A DNA stretch of 40,754 nucleotides from a virus. Positions 34,162-40,754 of the stretch are shown piece by piece. Below the pieces are notes generated by a model, which was given only the letters and a program-made list of their open reading frames with translations, did not search any database and was not told the DNA's origin. Every line of letters starts with the position of its first letter. Position 1 is the stretch's first letter. The position numbers and the translations under genes are program-made. Where the stretch lies: UHGV virus genome UHGV-1474357; one strand, given 5' to 3'.

Positions 34162-34890
34162 ATGGAAGTTTTCTGGATAGTTGTTGGTGTGGTTGCGGTG
34201 ATTATTTACGTTATCAACCAGAACAAGACTAAGATCTCTGATCGTACGGTCGTTAATCATAACAAAACGATAAAGACCGAAGATGGGGAGATAACGATTA
34301 ATCGTACACAGGTGATAGAACACACCTCTACTCAGTTTCAAAAAACTGGAGGTAATGCGCCTAATATTTCCGCACCTCCTGCTTATGATAGTGCGGTAAT
34401 CCAGACATATTATAAACAGCAGGAGTTAGCAAAAGAGAGGCAACTGATTCAGCCAAAGCCGTTTACAGCTGAGCTTCCACCTGGAGTGTCAACGCGTCCG
34501 GCATATCATGGAAGATTCCCTGGTGATGACATATCGTCTCAGTCATCTAAAAAAGCACCTCAGGCAGTATCAGAGCCAGCAAGAATACCTTCTGTATCGC
34601 CGCCAAAAGAAGAATCAGCTAACAGAGTTTCAAGTGGTAGCAAGCAGTGCTTGCGATGCAGAATAAACCTACCATATGAAAAATTCAGGAAATCGTCAAA
34701 AAATCCAGATGGATTGACTAAGTGGTGTGCAAGGTGTCTCGATGGCCCAAAGAATACACGCCATATGAAGTGGTGCCCAATTTGTAATGTCCGCAGAAAA
34801 CGAACAAGCTTTTACCCTAATAATCAAAATGCGGATGGCTTAATGGCATGGTGCAAAACGTGCTGGGACGAGCACAAAGCGAAACGATAG
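34162..34890 (+). CDS. Membrane-anchored protein with repeated zinc-ribbon-like motifs
   Basis: N-terminal TM helix (VFWIVVGVVAVIIYVI); C-terminal repeats of C-x2-C...NPDGL..WC..C (CLRCRINLPYEKFRKSSKNPDGLTKWCARC; CPICNVRRKRTSFYPNNQNADGLMAWCKTC); AT-rich; bidirectional terminator follows. Confidence 0.6.
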   Translation: MEVFWIVVGVVAVIIYVINQNKTKISDRTVVNHNKTIKTEDGEITINRTQVIEHTSTQFQKTGGNAPNISAPPAYDSAVIQTYYKQQELAKERQLIQPKPFTAELPPGVSTRPAYHGRFPGDDISSQSSKKAPQAVSEPARIPSVSPPKEESANRVSSGSKQCLRCRINLPYEKFRKSSKNPDGLTKWCARCLDGPKNTRHMKWCPICNVRRKRTSFYPNNQNADGLMAWCKTCWDEHKAKR

Positions 34891-34914
34891 GCCGCTCTTG
34901 CGGCCTTTAAATTT
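34890..34914. terminator. Bidirectional intrinsic terminator between convergent genes
   Basis: GGCCGC-TCTT-GCGGCC flanked by A/T runs; stem nearly identical to the terminator at 32033-32057. Confidence 0.6.
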
Positions 34915-35170
34915 ACCGGGTTTGTTTTCGTAATTGTTCGGCACAATAGTCGAGATGTGTTTGCAGATCCTGCATAGACATCTGTGAGCTGGTGACGTAG
35001 TTAATCAGTGCAGTCAGTTCGGCAAGTGGGCCATCGACATTAAATCCATCCTTATCGAGATCCCGGAGTAATTTCATCAAGTGCGATCCCTCCACCAGTG
35101 ACCTGACGCCTCCCGGCGTGTGAATCCTTTCGGTAAATCCGTCTTCCAGTGGATAGTGATACTGCTGCAT
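34913..35170 (-). CDS. Small protein (85 aa) homologous to the antirepressor C-terminal domain; candidate SOS-controlled antirepressor
   Basis: About 40% identity by eye to residues about 150-218 of the 33106-33762 product (shared PL, IH.P.GV, LM.LL, DG..V.G, AELT, D.QTH..Y); GGAG SD; LexA box 19 bp upstream of the ATG. Confidence 0.6.
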   Translation of the reverse strand: MQQYHYPLEDGFTERIHTPGGVRSLVEGSHLMKLLRDLDKDGFNVDGPLAELTALINYVTSSQMSMQDLQTHLDYCAEQLRKQTR

Positions 35171-35188
35171 CTTATCTTCTCCATGCAA

Positions 35189-35210
35189 TAACTGTATGTT
35201 TATACAGTAA
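35189..35210. promoter_or_regulatory. LexA (SOS) box TAACTGTATGTTTATACAGTAA
   Basis: Matches CTGT-N8-ACAG with AT-rich spacer and TA flanks (consensus TACTGTATATATATACAGTA); contains TATAAA -10-like hexamer on the minus strand; positioned 19 bp upstream of ATG 35170. Confidence 0.6.
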
Positions 35211-35246
35211 CAAATAATTTGTTTGCTATCCAGCACGTTTTGCAAA

Positions 35247-35261
35247 TTACCCGAAAGGTAA
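35247..35261. promoter_or_regulatory. TTACC-N5-GGTAA dyad (TTACCCGAAAGGTAA)
   Basis: Perfect arms; between the LexA-boxed small gene and the tailspike gene. Confidence 0.45.
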
Positions 35262-35365
35262 TATCTATTGGTATTTACAGTCTTTTTATCCATATATGGT
35301 TTTTCAGGTAATAGAATAACCAGATATGCGGCGCAACGGGTGCTGCGACTATCTGGAGATTTAAC

Positions 35366-38300
35366 ATGACGGTCTCAACCGAAGTTGACCACAACGAATA
35401 CACCGGTAACGGCGTTACGACATCGTTTCCGTATACTTTTCGAATTTTCAGAAAATCAGACCTGGTTGTTCAGGTGTCTGACCTGAACGGGAACGTAACA
35501 GAATTGGTCCTGGATACCGGTTATACGGTAACTGGGGCGGGCACTTATAGTGGCGGTTCTGTGGTTCTTCCGTCTCCGCTTGCTACTGGATGGCGAATTA
35601 CGATAGATCGTGTGCTTGATGTAGTGCAGGACACAGACCTTCGCAATCAGGGAAAATTTTTCCCCGAAGTGCATGAAGATGCCTTTGACTACCTGACGAT
35701 GCTGATCCAGCAATGTTTTGGGTGGTTCAGACGTGCATTGATGAAACCATCTTTGCTTGCAAAATATTACGATGCAAAGCAAAACAAAATTTCTAACCTT
35801 GCAGATCCATCATTTGAGCAGGACGCTGTAAATAATCGCTCAATGCGTAATTATGTCGATGCTGCAATCGCCGGAGTTGTTGGTGGTTTTGGTTGGTTTA
35901 TTCAGTATGGTTCTGGGGCTGTGTACCGAACGTTCCAGGATAAAATGCGTGATGCTATTAGCCCCAAAGATTTTGGAGCTGTTGGTGATGGTATAAATGA
36001 CGATTCCACTGCAATAAGCGCGTGCCTTGAAGCCTCATCTCCAGGTTATAAAATTGACGGATTAGGGCTTACTTTTAAAGTATCAACTCTTCCGGATGTC
36101 AGTCGATTTAAAAATGCTCGTTTTTTATTTGAGAGAATACCGGGCCAGCCTCTTTTTTATGCTTCTGAAGATTTTATCCAGGGAGAGTTATTTAAAATTA
36201 CAGATACACCGTGGTACAACGCCTGGACGCAGGATAAAACGTTTGTATATGACAATGTCATCTATGCGCCTTTTATGGCTGGAGACCGCCATGGTGTAAA
36301 TAACCTCCATGTTGCATGGGTTCGCTCAGGAGATGACGGGAAGACCTGGACAACGCCGGAATGGCTTACAGATTTACATGAAAACTATCCCACAGTTAAC
36401 TATCACTGCATGAGTATGGGGGTTGTCAGAAATCGCCTTTTTGCTGTAATTGAGACGCGGACCGTGAGAGGAAATAAACTGCAGGTTGCAGAGTTGTGGG
36501 ATCGCCCAATGAGTCGCAGCCTTCGCGTTTATGGTGGTATAACGAAAGCAGCAAATCAGCAAGTCGCTTATATTCGCATTACTGATCACGGATTATTTGC
36601 TGGTGATTTTGTCAACTTCTCAAACTCTGGTGTTACAGGTGTTACCGGGAATATGACGGTGACTACTGTTATTGATAAAAATACCTTTACAGTTACGACG
36701 CAAAATACCCAGGATGTGGATCAGAATAACGAGGGTAGATACTGGAGTTTTGGCACATCATTTCACTCGTCACCATGGAGAAAAACCAGTCTTGGAACTA
36801 TTCCTTCTTTTGTTGACGGAAGCACTCCTGTTACTGAGATTCACAGTTTTGCGACGATTAGCGATAACAGTTTTGCTGTTGGCTACCATAATGGTGATAT
36901 TGGTCCACGCGAGCTTGGGATACTCTATTTCTCTGATGCTTTCGGTTCTCCTGGTAGCTTTGTTCGCAGACGCATACCTGTAGAATATGAGGCGAATGCA
37001 TCTGAGCCATGTGTAAAATATTATGATGGCATTCTGTATCTGACGACCAGGGGGACATTAAGTACTCAACCCGGTAGTTCATTGCACAGAAGCTCTGATT
37101 TAGGTACATCATGGAATTCTCTTCGCTTCCCAAATAATGTTCATCACTCAAACCTTCCTTTTGCCAAAGTTGGCGATGAGCTGATTATTTTTGGCAGTGA
37201 GCGCGCATTTGGTGAGTGGGAAGGAGGAGAACCTGATAACCGTTATGCAGGAAATTATCCAAGAACATTTATGACCAGAGTTAACGTCAATGAGTGGAGT
37301 CTGGATAATGTAGAGTGGGTTAATGTTACTGATCAGATTTATCAGGGCGGAATAGTTAACTCTGCGGTTGGTGTTGGTTCAGTTTGTATCAAAGACAACT
37401 GGCTGTACTACATTTTCGGTGGGGAAGACTTTCTAAACCCATGGAGCATAGGGGATAACAACAGAAAATATCCTTATGTTCACGATGGTCACCCGGCTGA
37501 TTTGTATTGTTTCAGGGTGAAAATTAAACAGGAAGAATTTGTTTCAAGGGATTTTGTCTACGGAGCCACTCCTAACAGAACGCTTCCTACTTTTATGTCG
37601 ACGTCAGGCGTGAGGACGGTTCCTGTACCCGTTGATTTCACAGATGATGTTGCCGTCCAGTCACTGACTGTCCATGCAGGTACATCAGGACAAGTTCGCG
37701 CGGAAGTCAAACTTGAGGGTAATTACGCCATTATTGCGAAGAAAGTACCGTCTGATGATGTTACCGCTCAGAGATTAATCGTTAGCGGCGGTGAAACAAC
37801 GTCTTCAGCAGATGGTGCAATGATAACGTTGCATGGTTCCGTAAGCAGTACTCCACGTCGCGCGGTATATAACGCACTCGAACATCTTTTTGAGAACGGA
37901 GATGTTAAACCTTATCTTGATAATGTAAATGCTCTTGGTGGTCCGGGAAACAGGTTCTCGACAGTTTATCTTGGCTCCAATCCTGTGGTTACCAGTGACG
38001 GAACATTAAAGACAGAGCCGGTCTCTCCTGACGAAGCATTGCTGGATGCCTGGGGTGACGTCAGGTATATCGCTTATAAATGGCTGAACGCTGTCGCTAT
38101 AAAGGGGGAAGAAGGGGCGAGGATACATCATGGTGTAATCGCGCAGCAACTTCGTGATGTTCTTATTTCTCACGGACTCATGGAAGAAGAAAGCACAACA
38201 TGCCGCTATGCCTTTCTTTGCTATGACGATTATCCCGCAGTATATGATGACGTCATTACTGGCCAAAGGGAAATGCCGCTGACTGATAATGAAGGGAGCA

Positions 38301-38485
38301 TCATTGTTGATGAGGATGATAATCCAGTGATGGTAATGGAAGACATCATTGAGCGCGTTGAAATAACGCCAGCAGGATCTAGATGGGGGGTCAGACCTGA
38401 TCTCTTATTCTATATCGAGGCGGCATGGCAGCGCAGAGAAATGGATAAGATAAAAGAGCGGATTCAGTCTCTGGAAGAACGTTAA
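35366..38485 (+). CDS. Tailspike/tail fibre: T7 gp17-like N-terminal adaptor, sialidase-fold domain with Asp-boxes, C-terminal intramolecular chaperone domain; endosialidase-like
   Basis: 1039 aa; N-terminal conserved particle-binding pattern (FPYTF...DLRNQGKFFPEVHEDAFDYL); Asp-box motifs SGDDGKTW and SSDLGTSW; C-terminal segment (GVIAQQLRDVLISHGLMEEESTTCRYAFLCYDDY...) typical of auto-cleaving chaperone domains; GGAG SD. Confidence 0.8.
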   Translation: MTVSTEVDHNEYTGNGVTTSFPYTFRIFRKSDLVVQVSDLNGNVTELVLDTGYTVTGAGTYSGGSVVLPSPLATGWRITIDRVLDVVQDTDLRNQGKFFPEVHEDAFDYLTMLIQQCFGWFRRALMKPSLLAKYYDAKQNKISNLADPSFEQDAVNNRSMRNYVDAAIAGVVGGFGWFIQYGSGAVYRTFQDKMRDAISPKDFGAVGDGINDDSTAISACLEASSPGYKIDGLGLTFKVSTLPDVSRFKNARFLFERIPGQPLFYASEDFIQGELFKITDTPWYNAWTQDKTFVYDNVIYAPFMAGDRHGVNNLHVAWVRSGDDGKTWTTPEWLTDLHENYPTVNYHCMSMGVVRNRLFAVIETRTVRGNKLQVAELWDRPMSRSLRVYGGITKAANQQVAYIRITDHGLFAGDFVNFSNSGVTGVTGNMTVTTVIDKNTFTVTTQNTQDVDQNNEGRYWSFGTSFHSSPWRKTSLGTIPSFVDGSTPVTEIHSFATISDNSFAVGYHNGDIGPRELGILYFSDAFGSPGSFVRRRIPVEYEANASEPCVKYYDGILYLTTRGTLSTQPGSSLHRSSDLGTSWNSLRFPNNVHHSNLPFAKVGDELIIFGSERAFGEWEGGEPDNRYAGNYPRTFMTRVNVNEWSLDNVEWVNVTDQIYQGGIVNSAVGVGSVCIKDNWLYYIFGGEDFLNPWSIGDNNRKYPYVHDGHPADLYCFRVKIKQEEFVSRDFVYGATPNRTLPTFMSTSGVRTVPVPVDFTDDVAVQSLTVHAGTSGQVRAEVKLEGNYAIIAKKVPSDDVTAQRLIVSGGETTSSADGAMITLHGSVSSTPRRAVYNALEHLFENGDVKPYLDNVNALGGPGNRFSTVYLGSNPVVTSDGTLKTEPVSPDEALLDAWGDVRYIAYKWLNAVAIKGEEGARIHHGVIAQQLRDVLISHGLMEEESTTCRYAFLCYDDYPAVYDDVITGQREMPLTDNEGSIIVDEDDNPVMVMEDIIERVEITPAGSRWGVRPDLLFYIEAAWQRREMDKIKERIQSLEER

Positions 38486-38492
38486 AAAAAAG

Positions 38493-38512
38493 CCCGCAAT
38501 ATTTTGCGGGTA
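38493..38512. terminator. Hairpin after tailspike gene (GCCCGCAA-TATT-TTGCGGGT), possible terminator
   Basis: 8-bp stem preceded by an A-run on the plus strand; no T-run follows on the plus strand, so activity is uncertain. Confidence 0.35.
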
Positions 38513-38791
38513 TCAAAAACGGAGTTTGTGAAAAGTTATCTTTGAATTCTATCATGAATCAGTACGTATTTTAAATACATGTTCAGGTTTATTACACCAT
38601 AGCATTATTAAATACAAAATTAAGTCTATGGTTCCTGTACAACTGCCCCCACTCTGCTGGCTCGTTCTGTAAAATCATTAGTACTTTTATTGAGATATAT
38701 GATATGGAACAATAATGATTCATATATGGTTTACTATGCGGGGTTAGTCATCAATAATTGACTGGCTTATAGATAGTAAACAGGAGAAAGT

Positions 38792-39196
38792 ATGTCTGCT
38801 CAAGTAACAAGTGAGCAATTAAATCAGTTGCTTAGTTTTGGTTCTCTTGCTGCAGTTATTGCAGGTGTCCCTCCGGAGGTTGCTTTAGGGGCTTTGGCTG
38901 GGGCGGTAATTTTTGTTACCTCTGCAGTAGAGTACCCCATCCGTCGCCGGGTGCTCCTGTCGATGCTCAGCTTTCTTTGCGGCCTTCTCTTTTACAAACC
39001 AGCAGCATCAATTCTTATCGGCATAGCCAGCCTGATCCCTACCATCACGCAGGACTCTTTTGAAAAAGGGATTGTTTTCTCTGCAGGCGCATTCGTGTCA
39101 GCAATTGTCGCTGTGCGTATTGGTATATGGCTCTATCACCGTTCCGATAATCCACGCGAGTTAATTCCGGGGAGAAAAGACGATGGTAACGCATGA
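38792..39196 (+). CDS. Membrane protein, putative holin/antiholin
   Basis: 134 aa with several hydrophobic helices; first gene of lysis cassette; GGAGAAAG SD. Confidence 0.5.
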   Translation: MSAQVTSEQLNQLLSFGSLAAVIAGVPPEVALGALAGAVIFVTSAVEYPIRRRVLLSMLSFLCGLLFYKPAASILIGIASLIPTITQDSFEKGIVFSAGAFVSAIVAVRIGIWLYHRSDNPRELIPGRKDDGNA

Positions 39197-39491
39197 GTTT
39201 TTTTTGCTTATCACTAATGCAGTTATTTGCACTGGCATAGCAATTCGCGTTGTCACATTCCGGCGTAACGGCTCTCAACATCGAAGGTGGGGAGGATGGC
39301 TTGCTTATTTCCTGATTGTTGCTGCGGCCAGTATTCCTGTTCGAGTCGCCTATGCAATCTGGTTACGTACGCCAATGGCTGTGGATTTATCTGAGGTCAT
39401 TATCAACGCTGTCATGCTGGCTGCGGTTATTAAAACGCGCGGTAACGTCGTTCAAATTTTTAAAGTATCGAGGTCTAAACATGGAGATTAA
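39183..39491 (+). CDS. Putative holin (three predicted TM segments)
   Basis: 102 aa, three hydrophobic segments and charged C-terminus; overlaps previous gene by 14 nt and endolysin by 11 nt. Confidence 0.55.
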   Translation: MVTHEFFLLITNAVICTGIAIRVVTFRRNGSQHRRWGGWLAYFLIVAAASIPVRVAYAIWLRTPMAVDLSEVIINAVMLAAVIKTRGNVVQIFKVSRSKHGD

Positions 39492-40110
39492 ACAATTCCA
39501 GCGAGCTGCTGGTATCAGCGAGGCACTGGCCGCACGCTGGTTCTCGCATATAACTTCTGCGATGAAAGAGTTTGGTATCAGCAAAGCAGAAGATCAGGCA
39601 ATGTTTATTGCTCAAGCCGGGCATGAGTCTGGGGGCTTCACCAGGTTGCAGGAGAATTTCAACTACAGTGTCAGCGGACTGGCTAACTTCGTTCGGGCTG
39701 GGCGTCTCACTCAGGGGCAGGCTAATGCACTGGGGCGCCGTGCTGGTGAACCACCATTGCCACTTGAGCGCCAGCGCGCAATCGCAAATCTGGTATACAG
39801 CAAACGCATGGGGAACAATGCCCCTGGTGATGGCTGGAATTACCGAGGGCGCGGACTTATCCAGATTACCGGTTTGAATAACTATCGTGATTGCGGAAAC
39901 GGTCTGAAGGTTGACCTGCTGGAGAGCCCTGAACTGCTGGCGCAGGACGAATATGCGGCTCGTAGCGCGGCGTGGTTCTTCGCCAGCAAAGGATGCATGA
40001 AGTATACCGGCGATATTGCACGTGTAACTCTGATTATCAATGGTGGCCGGAACGGCATCGACGACCGGCGAGCGCGGTACATCACTGCCAGTAAGGTGCT
40101 GGCGGTATGA
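39481..40110 (+). CDS. Endolysin, glycoside hydrolase family 19 (chitinase-like lysozyme)
   Basis: 209 aa from ATG 39481 (GAGGT SD); motifs [12 protein letters not shown] and [16 protein letters not shown] typical of GH19 phage endolysins. Confidence 0.8.
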   Translation: MEIKQFQRAAGISEALAARWFSHITSAMKEFGISKAEDQAMFIAQAGHESGGFTRLQENFNYSVSGLANFVRAGRLTQGQANALGRRAGEPPLPLERQRAIANLVYSKRMGNNAPGDGWNYRGRGLIQITGLNNYRDCGNGLKVDLLESPELLAQDEYAARSAAWFFASKGCMKYTGDIARVTLIINGGRNGIDDRRARYITASKVLAV

Positions 40111-40589
40111 TCTGGGCATTCGTAAAAGCATACTGGAAACAGTTTCTTATCGTGGCAGTGCTTGCTGTTCTGGTCATATCAGGAGTGGTTGCTTGGAATA
40201 TACACGGCAGTCGCCAGTACGATGCCGGGTATGCTCAGGCGGAAGAAGACCGCAAAGCCGAAGAAGACAAAGTTCGTCAGTACTACGAACAGGAGAAAGT
40301 GACCAATGAACGTGAAGCTCAGCAGAGGATCGACCAGGCGCGCAATGATGCTCTTGATGCTGCCGCTAGCGCTGGCCGGTTGCAGCAACAACTCTTTGCC
40401 ATCCGTGAGCAGCTCAGGCAGTATAACGCCATTGTCGGCGCTGGGTCGTCAGCCGCAGACACCGGAGTTTTGCTTGCCGACGTGCTCAGCAAATCTCTCG
40501 AGAGAAACAGACAACTGGCAGAGTATGCTGACCGGGCAGCCGAAGCCGGAAGAGTCTGCGAAAAACAGTACGACACTTTGACCAGATAG
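40107..40589 (+). CDS. Rz-like i-spanin
   Basis: 160 aa; N-terminal TM ([17 protein letters not shown]) followed by coiled-coil-like helical region; ATG overlaps endolysin stop; embedded lipoprotein ORF in +1 frame. Confidence 0.7.
   Translation: MIWAFVKAYWKQFLIVAVLAVLVISGVVAWNIHGSRQYDAGYAQAEEDRKAEEDKVRQYYEQEKVTNEREAQQRIDQARNDALDAAASAGRLQQQLFAIREQLRQYNAIVGAGSSAADTGVLLADVLSKSLERNRQLAEYADRAAEAGRVCEKQYDTLTR
40345..40581 (+). CDS. Rz1-like o-spanin lipoprotein, embedded in Rz in +1 frame
   Basis: [13 protein letters not shown] lipobox, Pro/Ser-rich mature region; entirely inside the Rz ORF. Confidence 0.55.
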   Translation: MMLLMLPLALAGCSNNSLPSVSSSGSITPLSALGRQPQTPEFCLPTCSANLSRETDNWQSMLTGQPKPEESAKNSTTL

Positions 40590-40699
40590 CATGGCATTTT
40601 TCATGGTACTGATTTCCGGTGACGGTATATAAAACGGTACGGGAAAAATTGAGATTTGGAAAAATGTTATCACTCAATTGGTTATGGTTATCGTAAATA

Positions 40700-40716
40700 A
40701 TTGAGTGGGAATGATT
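40700..40716. repeat. attR core, 17-bp direct repeat ATTGAGTGGGAATGATT
   Basis: Exact match to 66-82; followed by a sequence resembling the native host terminator. Confidence 0.8.
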
Positions 40717-40754
40717 TGACCCTGCACTATGAATGAACAAAACCCTCTGTTACT

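Larger units (their letters stand above)
66..40716. mobile_element. Integrated temperate prophage (~40.65 kb), lambdoid-type early region with T7-like virion module
   Basis: Flanking 17-bp direct repeats; integrase adjacent to attL; repressor/cro, replication, terminase, virion, tailspike and lysis modules in between. Confidence 0.85.

Overview
The window is almost entirely one intact-looking temperate prophage of about 40.65 kb, inserted at the 3' end of a gene whose C-terminus reads as GMP synthase (guaA). It is bounded by 17-bp direct repeats ATTGAGTGGGAATGATT at 66-82 and 40700-40716. Left to right: attL, tyrosine integrase, a leftward early operon (Ser/Thr phosphatase, MT-A70-type DNA methyltransferase, AlpA-type excisionase, RecT plus exonuclease), an immunity region (repressor with no peptidase domain, divergent Cro-like gene), replication genes (O-like initiator with internal iterons, P-like), small nin-like genes, terminase small and large subunits, an insertion carrying an orphan minus-strand gene and a tRNA-Arg(UCU), a T7-like virion module (portal, scaffold, capsid, tail tubular A/B-like, internal core proteins), an AT-rich accessory island, a sialidase-fold tailspike, a lysis cassette (two membrane proteins, GH19-type endolysin, Rz with embedded Rz1) and attR. 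The most notable signals are: (1) a TTACC-N5-GGTAA dyad repeated at least 12 times in intergenic regions across the whole prophage; (2) a structured leader or small RNA with an intrinsic terminator and repeated complementary sequence boxes upstream of an antirepressor-like gene; (3) a consensus-like LexA box in front of a small gene homologous to the antirepressor C-terminal domain, paired with a non-cleavable-type repressor. All calls come from reading the sequence and the ORF translations. No database search, structure prediction or RNA folding was run, so product names are recognition-based and homology claims are unverified.
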